From Azolla caroliniana (taxonomy: Eukaryota; Plantae; Polypodiophyta), in assembly GCA_043228905.1 (NCBI GenBank), contig JBHGNT010000008.1:9548001-9612000 (forward strand): DNA of 64,000 bases, read 5' to 3'. The notes beneath the pieces were generated by a model. The model was not told the origin of the DNA and did no database searches. It worked only from the letters and a program-made list of their open reading frames with translations. Shown piece by piece: positions 22,750-34,968 of this stretch. Numbering within the stretch: position 1 is the first letter of the stretch; each line of letters begins with the position of its first letter. The translations under genes and the position numbers were made by a program.

Positions 22750-25700
22750 AACTCAACATGGAACGTGCAAGGACTCAGAAGTAGACTAGACCAACAAAAT
22801 AGATGGAAACTGAGAAGGGATCTTGAAGAGCATTTACTAGGGAGTGGTGCTGACATCATCATGTTGCAGGAACACCACCTCGATAGCACACAGTTACAGG
22901 AAGTCGGAGACCTTCTACCAGGATCATGGTGAACGATTTGGGAGCCAACAATTGGGGATCATGGTGGTATTTGCACTTTGATTCGGGAACATCTAGCCCA
23001 AGGATTAATACACCAAGAATCACTTATACCTGGTAGGGCACATTTTTGCACGCTGACCATCCAAGGGCAACGATGGAACTTCATGAATGTTTATGCTCCA
23101 AACAACAGAACAGAAAGAGCAACATTCTGGGACCGCATCCGCCTACAAGTAGTGGGGGCGGAAGAGTGGTGCATTGGAGGGGATTTTAATATGATCGAAT
23201 CCATTCATGATAGCTCCAACAACAACCCCATAGTCCTACAAGGAAGGGAACGCAAACAATGGGAGAAGCTATGTGTCCACCTTAACCTGCGAGACATCTG
23301 GCATTCTGCCAACTTCCAACGAAAAAGGGACTCTCTCCTATTCTCCCGATCAGACGGGCGGAATAGTGGACCCACCCTATCTCACATTGACCGCATTTAT
23401 GTGGGGGAGGCTTTAGAAGCGAAGGGAGGGTGGTGTCACATAACTCCAGGCACGACTTTCTCTAACCATTACCCGGTAGCTGGTCATTTTCAATTGCACC
23501 GAAAATGGGGCCCATTCCAGACTCGCATCCCACACACTATTTACACACTTATAGACGTGAAGGACCAACTATCCAACCAATGGTCATTACCCGTCAATGG
23601 CTCATTAGCATCAGACAAACTTTTAGCTAAATTAACAAGAGCCTCTACTCTCCTACATGAGATTGTCAAGACCAGACGCAAGGATGCTCAGGAGAAACGA
23701 CAGAGGACAAAACGGGGACTAATAGCCTTACAACGCCTCCAACAGAGATACCCATCCTGTAGTTGGATCGCAGGACAAGTCGCCACGGCCAAACAGGAAC
23801 TTAGCATGGCAGAAAAGGCAATATATGACATGGAGTTTCATGGCAGCATGGCGCGATGGATTCGAGTAGGGGACAAAACCACAAAGGAATTCTTCCGCTC
23901 CAAAGGCCCGAGGCACGCAAGAACTGTGATGCGCAGCCTCAACCGGGAGGATGGAACAACCACTGAGGATGGCGACGAAATGAGGAATATTGCCACAAGG
24001 TATTATAGCCGCCTACTTACCGAAGACATGATAGCTACAGAGGAAGACATAAGCGATGATATTATCCTCCAAAGCATACCCGGGAAAGTCACACCGGAAA
24101 TGAATACCTGGCTTGTGCGTCCTCTATCAATCATTGAGATATGGGAGGCCCTCACTGATTTAGATGCTGAGAGCTGCCTCGGAATTGACGGTCTCACCCC
24201 GCACTTTTTCACATGCCTCTGGGGCACTATTAAAGAAGACCTCCTCCAGGCATATGAGGAGATCATCATCTCTGGAAGCATGCCGGAGGAATTTGGACAG
24301 GGGATGATACATCTCATTCCTAAAAGTGGTGGGAATGCCAACGACATTCACAAGTGGCGGCCCATTACTCTTCTCAATACTGTCTATAAGTTGCTTGCAA
24401 AAATCGTGGCACGCCGTTTAACTCCACCTCTTCCTCAACTCATTCATCCGTCACAAACAGGTTTCGTTAGAAATCAGAGCATCCTAGACAACCTCTTCTC
24501 ATTTTGGGAAGCAGTAGCCCTTGCCAAGCAGACCAACAAGAAGGTAGCGGTGGTGCTACTAGATTTTGAGAAAGCCTATGATAGGGTATGCTGGAACTTT
24601 CTAGAAAGTGTGATGAGGAAACTCGGCTTTCAAGAGACATGGATCAAAGGCATTGCAGGATTTTATAGGAATGGCAGCAGTTGTGTTTCGCTGGCAGGTG
24701 AAAGGGGCCCCTTTTTCCGAATATCCCGCTCTGTACGGCAGGGATGTCCACTAGCTCCATCCTTATTATACGCCGAAGCACTCTCTTGCTTTCTCAACTC
24801 GCGGCATCTCAACCTACGTGGTCTTCCCATACCTCATTCTTACCAAAGCATCCTGGATATAGAATTTGCAGATGACACAACAGTCTACCTGCAAGGGGAC
24901 CTGGAAAACCTCCAAAAGCTAGAAAGTGGGCTAGTTTTATTTTGCAAGCGATCCAACGCCATGATCAATTGGCACAAATCCTGTGCAATATGGCTTTCTC
25001 AGGAAACACATCCGGCGTGGCACCCTCACCCCGCTTTCATATGGATTAATCAAGGGGCGAGCACCAAATATTTGGGCTTCCAAATTGGCTTCAACATACC
25101 GCCGGAGACTATGATTGCACCCGTTATCCTCTCCATTCGACAAAAGTTGATACATTGGAGCTCTAAAAAATTGTCGTTAGCAGGTCGCATCATAGTGGCA
25201 AATCAGGTACTCCTCGCAACAGCATGGTACAGTCTATCATGTTGGACAATTTCCAAGGACAGTATACATCAGATTCAATGACTGGTCCGCAACTACATTT
25301 GGTCTGGTAAGGAAGACCATGTAGCTCGCGCCAAGGTGGCGTGGCCTATACTCACAACGCCTAAGTCGAGAGGGGGATTGGGTCTTATTGATCCCCTTTC
25401 ACAATCGAAAGCCTTACTTGCCAAATTTGTGGTGCGAGGACTCCAACTAGGAAATGATTGTTGGAAAATGCTACTGAGATTACGTTTCGCTTACTTTAAG
25501 CCACGAAAAGGGGTCGATTGGGCCCCCCAAACGGGATGGATTCTAAACATGGATCTCAAACCTAGTTTCTCCCGCCATTTGGAGGACAGATTCAGTGCAT
25601 CCATGTGGAAGGCATGGTGTGACATTCGTCGGGGGCTCTAGTGTGATCAACCGAGATCCGAACCTGCCTGGCTCAGTCAACATATTCTATGGAACCCATG

Positions 25701-27068
25701 TCTCAAGGATGAATCTAATCAACTACTGGGATCACGTAAGGGGTTGTCATGGGGATACATTGCAGAAGGTCTAGGCAAAAGTATTGAATGTTGGCGACGG
25801 TTTATGTCAATGCCACTACAAGATCAAGCGAACATACTCCATGGAATCAGGGGCGGATGGACTATGAGATCGGAAATCATTAACGCGTTACTGATTAGGG
25901 ACTCTGCTATTCAAAGGACGACAATGGAGAAATGGATAGGCCACGAGGAGGAGGGCTCTCTGATCCCGAGAGGTAGGGGATCACCAAACACACTCGAAGG
26001 CCATGAAGTGAGAGACACTGCGACACCCACACAGAATAACGCCATTCGAGTACTCGCGTACACTGGTTATAAATGGATTGTAGATCCTGATCCGATTAAA
26101 GTACAACCCGATTGGCATATATTTCCTCATGAAAACACATGGCTGCGTAAGGTAAGTTGGAACCCTTTGCAATGGACATGGCGTGATCCCTACGCGGGGC
26201 AAGGAAGTAAACCCATCCCTTTCTTCCAATTCACAACTAGATTGGGTCGCCACATTCTGGCTACTCAAGCCGCTCGAGAACCGGCTGTTGCGAAGGTCTG
26301 GCACACATTTCAAGTTCCCTCTGCAATAATCACCAAGTTTTGGCAGAAAATCTGGAAGCAACAACACGCGAGGCGAATTACCACTTTCCAATGGTTGTTA
26401 ATACATAAGGCCCTACCGGTGGGAGCATGGCAACGTGGGAACCTTAACTCTCCGAATTGTGTAGAGTGCCCACATGCAGTAGAATCCATACGACACGCTT
26501 TGTGGGACTGCCCAACGTCCCATAGAACATGGCGGGGGGTTGGCCGCTTGTTGCAATTATGCCAGGTGCAAGGTTCAATCAAGTGGGGAAATATATGTTG
26601 GCTATCATGGTAGGTTGCAATTGGCCGATACGAGCATCAGGAGGAGGGGATGACTTTGGTGATAAAAGCACAAGAGGTTCTTTTCTCCTCCAGCGACAAT
26701 GTCCACTATTTTCCTCTTAATGACAAATCTCAAGAGGTGTTGGAATTGGTCAGCCCAATAACCCTTTGGATTCTATGGAAACAACGATGTAGGCGAGTCT
26801 TCTCCAACCAAACCACCCATCCAACAAGGTTACTGCAAGAGATATGGAGTGAAATTGTAGCCACTCTGAAAAGCCAATATGATGGCCTTAAAGGTGGCTC
26901 CGAGGGAGTTGAAAGACAACGCATAGCCTTCATCCAACAATGGTCGTCCTCTCCCTTTCTTGAGTCAGTGGGCTTCCACATTAGATGGAACTATCGTGTC
27001 CCTTTAGGGATTTGTACATAATCGCCTCATTTGTAAAATTTTATAACTAATGGAAGGAGTGTTTTTTG

Positions 27069-27101
<33 letters not shown>
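22750..27101 (+). mobile_element. L1-clade LINE ORF2 (EN-RT-zf-RVT), 5'-truncated, in the bHLH intron
   Basis: TWNVQG, IMLQEHH, GGDFN, WRPITLLN, LDFEKAYDRV, VRQGCPLAP, FADDT and CVECPHAVESIRHALWDC; one frame with 4 internal stops, ending at 27021; (TA)n at 27071-27101. Confidence 0.93.
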
Positions 27102-27104
<3 letters not shown>

Positions 27105-27119
27105 CAAAGTTACAACTTA

Positions 27120-27290
27120 CAACCAATGTAGCATATGTCGTTTAAAAAGGCTAAAGACATTAATAAATATCTATACCACATGTAGCTATTTCCTTTGAAA
27201 AGGCCAAAGACATTAATAAATATTCGTACCACGATTAGCGTATGTCTTTTAAAAAAGGCTAAAGTCATTAATAAATATCTATCGACTCAT
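27120..27290. repeat. Three ~57-bp tandem units (AAAAAGGCTAAAGACATTAATAAATATC)
   Basis: Three near-identical cores at ~27143, ~27198 and ~27252. Confidence 0.65.
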
Positions 27291-27485
27291 GGCACAAAAG
27301 TAAAAGTGACATCCCGCCAATCCTATTAAAAAAAAACACATGACTTAAGGGGTAGTCTATTTGGGTAAATCGTTTATGGCAATATATAACTCAAGTGTCA
27401 TAAATCTCTCATATTGTCCAAAGTTAGTTCCCCTTGTTTATTGGTGTGTTGTATGTGTATTATGCATATACAAGGGTGTAGCTAG

Positions 27486-27752
27486 TGGGAGTCAACAATG
27501 GATCGGTCAAGCCTAGACCAAGCAATTAAATCGTTTTAAAACAGTTTAGCCATTCGGCGAAGTTTGGTTCAAGCTTGAGCTTCCTTAATTTGTTTGACCT
27601 CAGTTTGGGATGACTCGAGCTGAATCGAACTATTTTGGGCTAAATCAGTTACCAAATCTTTTTAGGAGTCAGTTGGGTTCAAGCTTGAAAACTCTCCAAC
27701 TGGTGCTTAGGCCAAACCGATTAATCTGAAACTGAACCTTTGCCGATTCCTA
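27486..27752. mobile_element. hAT-type MITE (267 bp)
   Basis: 8-bp TSD GTAGCTAG/GTAGTTAG; imperfect TIRs TGGGAGTCAACAATGG / CCTTTGCCGATTCCTA; internal GGTTCAAGCTTGA repeats. Confidence 0.6.
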
Positions 27753-28159
27753 GTAGTTAGGTTAATGCAAATGGATTATACTTTGGGTATGCTTGTTGTA
27801 TATGCCAATAAAAAAGAAAATAAAGGAAGATCGGATAGTTGAGTTGACCAAGGAACCAACTTGAATATATGCAGATATTTATATTTCATGATATATTTTT
27901 AAGTTATCTGCAATTTACAAGAGAATTATGATGATGAATTGTGATTACTTATCATTGTGAGATAGAAAATGAGTATGCTGATTTTAATTACTTTCTAGGA
28001 AGGTTAGAATCTTGATGTTCCAAAAAGGGAGATCTAGATGACAGAAAGTAGAAACACTAGATATGGGACTCATAGATAGATAGATAGATAGATAGAGAGA
28101 CTAAAGATTGAAAGGTCCACACATAGATAAGTAGTATTATAGATTGAAAGATAGAAAGA

Positions 28160-28545
28160 GAAACTAGAGATTGGAGAGAGAGAGAGAGAGAGAGAGGAAG
28201 GTACATAACTCTAATTACGAGAGAGAGAGAGAGAGAGAGGAAGGTACATAACTCTAATTAAGAGAGAGAGAGAGAGAGAGAGATTAAAGATTGGAAGGTA
28301 CATAACTCTAATTATGAGAGAGAGAGATTAAAGATTGGAAGGTACATAACTCTAATTATGAGAGAGAGAGATTAAAGATTGGAAGGTACATAACTCTAAT
28401 TAGAGATTGGAGAGAGAGAGAGAGGAAGGTACATAATTCTAATTATGAGAGAGAGAGAGAGATTAAAGATTGGAAGGTACATAACTCTAATTATGTCGTG
28501 AGAGAGAGAGAGAGAGATTAGAGACTGGAAGGTACATAACTCTTC
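28160..28545. repeat. Compound minisatellite: (GA)n + TTAAAGATTGGAAGGTACATAACTCTAATTA units
   Basis: About 8 copies of GGAAGGTACATAACTCT separated by variable (GA)n. Confidence 0.9.
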
Positions 28546-28787
28546 ATCTAGATGCAGGTATACATAGTATGAAGCATACATACCATATGCGCATTCACAT
28601 TCCAGTATGTTTCAATCGTTCCGAGTATGATAAACACACTCGAAATATGGTAAATACCATACTTTTTGTGTTCATTATTTACTATAATATTTATTTACCC
28701 TCGAAGGACCGAGAGGGCAAAGTGTTGGGGAATCACAAGATAATACCACTTTTCCACACGGAAGCTAACAAATCTTTTCCCCACTTG

Positions 28788-29446
28788 TGTTGTAAAATAG
28801 AAGATAGTAATCAAAACCAAATCCAATCTTGACAGCAATGAACAGCAAGAAACTCCACACTTGAACACTAACAAGATCAAAGATACACAAGATTTACGTG
28901 GAAAACCACGATGTGGGGGAAAAACCATGGGACCATTCACAACGGCACCAAAATTCCACTAATAAACAATAATCGAATGGGTACAACAGATTTTCATCTC
29001 TAGTTCAAAACTAGACGCTTTACAATCTTCAAGGTAAGTCCTTGGATCAACAAATCTCTACAAATCATCACATATAGTGGCAATTTTCACAGATTCATAA
29101 AATCTGATCAAAGTAGAATCTATGAAGATAGAGAGATAAAAAAACAATAATCCAATAATTGGATTTTAATAAGATATACTTTGTTCACGATCAGAGATCG
29201 TTTGATCATCGATCGGGCAAGAATAGTGGCTGGCTACTCTACCTCTATCTTCTATTCCTATCTCTCTTTTTCTTTTTTGCTGCATGTTCTTTTTTTATTT
29301 ATTTAGTATATTCTCAAAAAACAGAAATAGTAATAAATAAGGGTTATGTTTCTAAAAAAAACCCTTTATTACCCCTAACAAAAAAAAACCTATAAGTAAA
29401 AACTTTATTTGAGCCCTTTTCATACTAATTTGGACCCATTACAACA
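28788..29446 (-). mobile_element. LTR remnant (Copia-like) in the bHLH intron
   Basis: TGTTGTAA...TTACAACA inverted termini; TTTACGTGGAAAACC..GGAAAAACCA motif; no TSD found. Confidence 0.55.
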
Positions 29447-29727
29447 TACGCATCCACGTATATATAGACCCCATGAAATGTTTGAACCTCGTCCTCTATG
29501 TAGGAGGGAAGAACACAACACAAAGTAGTGGAGGTGGATTGGTGGAGTTGCACTCGTTCCATTCTATGGTACTACTACATATGGCTATGGCGAACATTTA
29601 CATCTCCATACATACTTACTTACATACATGGAGCTTTTTTTTGAACGCAAATTGTGAACATCACATGAACATTTGTGAATAATGCACCAAATCCATCATC
29701 ATGCAATCCAACTCCACCCCACACATC

Positions 29728-29776
29728 AATAATCATAATAATATTAATATTAGTAGTAGTACTAGTGATGATGATG

Positions 29777-29812
<36 letters not shown>

Positions 29813-29823
29813 CTATTATTATT
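29728..29823. repeat. Compound trinucleotide microsatellite (AAT/AGT/GAT/ATT)n
   Basis: Directly visible. Confidence 0.85.
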
Positions 29824-30827
29824 GAAGAGAGCAGACTCATCTTTTTAAGTAGACATCTGCGGTGGCCACGAATCGCATCCTAATTACTAATTCGCAATAC
29901 ATACATACTTTGACAATTTGTGGCCAAAGAATACTCGCTCACTACGGTGACCTGGTCATGCTCTAATTACTAGCTACTTACCGTTTGGAGCTGTCATAAT
30001 CAAGGACAAGGTTCAGTGGGTGTTAATTCTATCCTAGTTAGGCAATTCGTCATGAATTAATCCATGCCTCCATTAGAGTGGTGAAGAGACATGGTGAAGG
30101 TGGAGGGGCGAAAGGGCAAAAGCAGTGTGGAGGCGTGACGAAGGTGGACCGTGGAGGCATGGCAAGGGTCGACAACTTCGGCCCTTTCTTTCCCGCTCGA
30201 CCCTCAATGACAACAGCTGAATTGCCGAAATGAGGCAAAAAAAAAGTAAAAAGTCCAAAAAAAAAAACATAAGTATGTTTGGATAGTATATGGATTCGAT
30301 TTGTTTACGAACTAATGAAAATGAATGTTTGAGCAAACAAATGCTCAAACATTCTTAGACATGGACTAACGATGGGCAATTTCGTCGTTTACGTTGTTCG
30401 AGTGAAAGATAATCCTTATCTTCTCATATAATGTCCAAATTGATTGTCAAATTTGGGTATACATTTCTTAGACAAGAAGTTTAAGTTTTGGCATATTATT
30501 ATTTGATGTAAAGAGAATGGGTGTTTGCACAATTCACACGGGGGCTGGACCCAAAATCAAAGAGGGTCATTCTAGTATTGGGATTGAATTATCATTGGAA
30601 ATCATACATTTGTATATGAATATAGGCATTAGAGTTAGAAAAGGTCAGCAAAAGCTAAAAGGAGTATTGATGTTTATTATTATTGGAATGAGATGAAATT
30701 CTTTCGTTGTCTGATGGAGTGTTCGTCGTCTTGCCTATGGCAATTCAACATGTCCGACTACTCATGTGGCGGTGACCCCACTACTCATTATTTGTGGTAT
30801 AAATTTAACATATGAGAGAGAGATTAC

Positions 30828-31025
30828 CTTAATAATCTCAGAAGGTTGGAAGGATACATTGCCGACTGGTAAAGGAAACGATAAGGGATTTAGGAGCCGT
30901 CGGCTAGCGACGGCGTGTTGCAATATGGCCACGAGGGTAGCAACATCGGCTTCGCCATCTTCAACGTCCTTCTGGAGTTCCCTCACATGTCGTGCCGCAT
31001 CCCCGATAATCGACACTTTGTCCAT
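30828..31025 (-). CDS. bHLH gene exon 2 (helix 2 onward)
   Basis: TTTAG|ATG acceptor and AAG|GTAAT donor; 198 nt; MDKVSIIGDAARHVRELQ. Confidence 0.88.
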
Positions 31026-31143
31026 CTAAACCAATTTAAAACAAGCAACCCAATCCCAAATGATGGTACTAAGTAGAGTGAGGGAATGTAATTAATTTAC
31101 TAAGCTTGCGACTTACTTAAAAAGAAGAAGAAGAAGAATTTAC

Positions 31144-31890
31144 CTTGGTGATGTTGGGGACAAGGGCTCTCAATGAATAGAGCTTCTCATTCAATATTTG
31201 CCGGCGTTTCCTCTCTGCAACCAAGTTCTTCTTCTTCTTCTTCTTCTTTGGTTTCACACCATTCTCATTTTTCATAGCCATTATTGTTTGGGTCGTCTTT
31301 GTCTTTGTCTTTGTCTTCTTCTTTTTGTGGTCGTCCATGTGAATGGTAGGCACCACTCCATCGCCACTCGAATTAAGGTTAAGGAAATCCTGATGTCTCG
31401 TTGATCCAACAACATATGGATGACTGTTGTTAACCATCCCATTCATGTCCTGCAATCCCATCTGATTCATTATTATGTCATCCGATATGTAATCACCGAA
31501 GCAGCTATCAAACATACATTCATCTGATGATTCGAACCTTCCGTAATGAGTCCGTGCTTTATCATCATCATTGCCGTCCTTATCGTGGTCATGTTCACCA
31601 TCATCTTCATGTGAATCCTGATCATAACTACTGTCCAGCGGCAGCGAGTTCTGAGTATGAATCCCAATGCTAAGATGATCCATAATATGATCCCATGAGG
31701 ATGAGATTGCAGGAAGATCATGATGTATACTACCTATCACCATAGTGGGGCGTGAAAAAGAAGAAGAAGAAGTATTATGACTAGTAGTGTAATACATGTG
31801 GTCGGGTAGATTCATGGCCGGATCATGATCATGACAAGTACTGCAGCTACTGCTTGTAACTATATCCCAATCCTGAAAGCCGCCCATCAT
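31144..31890 (-). CDS. bHLH transcription factor exon 1 (subfamily III-like: FIT/bHLH35/AMS-related)
   Basis: KNLVAERKRRQILNEKLYSLRALVPNITK|gtaa, joining MDK in exon 2 at the conserved loop intron; 747 nt; poly-K NLS. Confidence 0.9.
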
Positions 31891-32002
31891 GAGTGAATTG
31901 CCAATGTATATATGTAGCCCTAGGACGACCTAAGATAATGTATTCTGCTGGGAGATGTTTTGAAATAAATCATTGGTAAGTAAAATGGTGGTCTTCTCTG
32001 TT

Positions 32003-32212
32003 CTTCATGTTCATGTTCATGTACATATATGTATGTAATAATGTATGTATATGTGTCTTCATGTTCATGTTCATGTACATATATGTATATAATAATGTAT
32101 GTATATGTGTCTTCATGTTCATGTTCATGTTCATGTACATATATGTATGTAATAATGTATGTATATGTAATAATGTATGTATATGTGTCTGCTAGTTAGT
32201 TAGTTAGCTAGC

Positions 32213-32243
<31 letters not shown>
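32003..32243. repeat. ~54-60-bp tandem repeat (TTCATG)n-TACATATATGTATG plus (TTAG)n upstream of the bHLH start
   Basis: Directly visible units. Confidence 0.8.
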
Positions 32244-32244
<1 letters not shown>

Positions 32245-32347
32245 ATCTCTTATTTTTTGCACGTATTGAATTTAGCAAATGGGGTTAACGCCACTCATGA
32301 GTCATTACACAAAAGAGACGTGGCCAATCATAGAAATGGGGTTAAAT

Positions 32348-32410
32348 TCATGGGCCAATTTTGGCCTTAGGAAGACGTTAATATTTCTTTCTTCCTTTCT
32401 TTCTTTCTCA
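32348..32410 (+). mobile_element. Extreme 3' tail of an RTE-X-like LINE
   Basis: TCATGGGCCAATTTTGGCCTTAGGAAGACGTTAATAT+(TTTC)n nearly identical to 52402-52460. Confidence 0.65.
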
Positions 32411-32421
32411 CATTTCATACA

Positions 32422-32452
<31 letters not shown>

Positions 32453-34557
32453 TGGGCCCAAGTCTGTGCCGTGCCATGAATGAATTCAAAAATTTCCTTA
32501 CACTTACTGCTTTTGGGTAACCACAAACCTTGTCCGTCTCCCGTCACTCAAATCGTTTTCCGTCCTTCTCCCTCTCCTTTTACTTTGAATACACACACAC
32601 ACACATATATATATGACAACACTAATAATTATGACAACATTGACATGTTGGTAGTGATGATGAGAGCATATTTTGTCATTGTTCTTGGCTTTGTAGCTGC
32701 TTTTATATACCTTCTTCTAGCATGTGGCGAAAAGGGTATGTATGCGTATGTATGCGAGCTATGTCTCGTATGTATTTCATTCCTTTAAATTCATATTCTT
32801 AGTCCATACATATACACGTTGATTAACTTTACGTTTGAGTGAACCCAAATGGTGCATCAGTCAATTCATTGAAATGCACATGTGTTGTCCAACTTCAAAC
32901 CAGGACATCATAACATATCTCTAAAACTCTTTCAACGTGTTGAATTTTCGGTAGCAAGTTTACGTCATCGATGAAATGCTATAGTTTCATAAAACGTGAT
33001 ATGCTTTTTCAACATTGATTACGACATTTTTCTTCTACCAAATTGTTTTCGTTCAATATCAATGTAGCGATTTCAAATTTTCCTTCTTTTGTTTGTCTCT
33101 TATGGATCCAATGCAAGGAGTGCTTCATATAGAACTAAAACTATTTTATGCAAAAATCAAACATTTCTAAGGTGATGCATCTACGGTGCAGAAGTGGCAT
33201 CCAAATTCCTTGACTATTTAGATTATTTAGTATCATGTCTCCCTTTTTTGGTATTAGTGGGCACAATAATGGTTTGTCAATATTGGCCATCTAATTTCAT
33301 GTCAATTGATCTTTATATTATTAATGAAAAAGACTTGAAACAATAGAAGAAAATATTCCAAAGCAATAGAACTCACATAAGTATCTTTGCACTCGAATGT
33401 ACTATATCATGACATTAAATAACAATGCGCTTTTGAATATAAAAAACATTACCACTAGGTGGAGAGTATTTTTAGCCATTCCACCTACATGAAATGAAGA
33501 GGATGCCCTTTCTCTAAAGTGAAATCATGCACAATTCCATCAAACCATTTAATTTTGAATTCTTCGATTTCTTTAGATCCTTGGTTTAATGATGAGCTCC
33601 CACCATAGAAATCTTTGGGTTGTATTGTATAGGCTCTATCCACACCGAAAAACAAGATGAGCTACATAAGATGGGCTTCGCATGAGAGAACCTTTCAAGT
33701 TCTCTTGTGGACCTCGATATTAAAGCTTAGGTTCAATGTGTTGCCCAACGAAAGTACATCGAATCCACTAGAAAAGTCCATTGAAGATTGCGAGAAAAAC
33801 TTATACTCAAGAACACCAAGAAAGAGAAAACAAATCATTGGAACCAAAGTAAGAACTCTAAAGAAGAATAGGGAACCAGACAAATTTTTATTCGAGAACC
33901 CCAAATCTAAGGAAAAATATTATGAATCATTGTAAATACAATGAGAGAAAGTTAAAAATGGTCTTGATTGGAAGCCTAAAGGTGTTTCTAAGAAGCTTGA
34001 AAGAGATAAATATTTGGAGGGATGAGGGAAAATTGGGATAACAAAATTTTACATGAAAACCCTAAATTAAGGAAAAAGTGTGGAGAACAGACTTTTATCG
34101 AGAGAAAGAACAATCACATGATGGAGACAACACAAGGGATAAAATACTTTTTGTATTGTGTACAACTCAAAGAATTACAAAAAAGTCCCAATATTAGGGT
34201 AACTCCACAAGATGAGTTGGGACAAGTCCACGAGATATTCTATTATCATCGTCAGAGGTCAAATCTGACCTATGAGACAAAAAAAAAACATTTCGCATAA
34301 TACATGTGAAAGTGAGTAGTGACTCTTGATGTTCAAGAACTTTACAAATGGATGTTACAATTGAGAGTGCACTTTGCGGTTTCGAGAGAAATTTGTGCAA
34401 GGATTAGGTTTGGTCGAAGATGTGTGGAAAGCATGGTTAAATATGATCAAAGGTAGGGCATTGCATCAAAGTGTGAAACTCATATTCTCAAACTTGTTTA
34501 GGGAAAATTATGCATTTTCGACTACTCTCATCACTTGAGCCCCAACGCCCCCTCTCA

Positions 34558-34928
34558 CATCACAGTGCATGTGAGCTATGCCGCATGAAAGCAATGGTTT
34601 GGATGGCAGACAACGGGATGGGCTCTAACATGTATCGATGTGTATGGTTTCCCCGTTTGGCGAAGAATATGGTTTTCTAGCTAGGTGCAACATGTGTAGT
34701 ATAATGTGTGAAGCGTGAGCCTCCAGATTTGTCCCATGTCGTGATACATTGGCATTGCAAAAAGGCTTCGTTTATAGAGGAATCTAGTGATGCATCATGA
34801 AGCAAGTCTGTTGCATCCTATCTACCGAACCAAATTTCAATAACTTGCATCCAATCATAACACATTTTTGCCTTTATGGGTCTTTTGGATCTTCATCACA
34901 ATGGATGTGAGCTAAGCCGCATGGAAGT
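34558..34928 (-). pseudogene. RTE-X-like LINE C-terminal fragment (tandemly duplicated segment)
   Basis: 34590-34890 is highly similar to 50072-50360; 34894-34928 restarts the same unit and continues at 50070. Confidence 0.65.
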
Positions 34929-34937
34929 TGTCAAGAT

Positions 34938-34968
<31 letters not shown>

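Noticed and set aside
28160-28545. CRISPR-like repeat/spacer appearance
   Set aside because: Spacers are (GA)n, the context is eukaryotic, and there are no cas genes.
30030-30745. Possible second MITE (TAGGCAA..TTGCCTA ends)
   Set aside because: Termini are too short and no TSD was found.
33650-34500. Short K/E-rich ORFs or possible LTR remnant
   Set aside because: No recognisable domain, termini or TSD; only a weak LTR-like motif near 34055.
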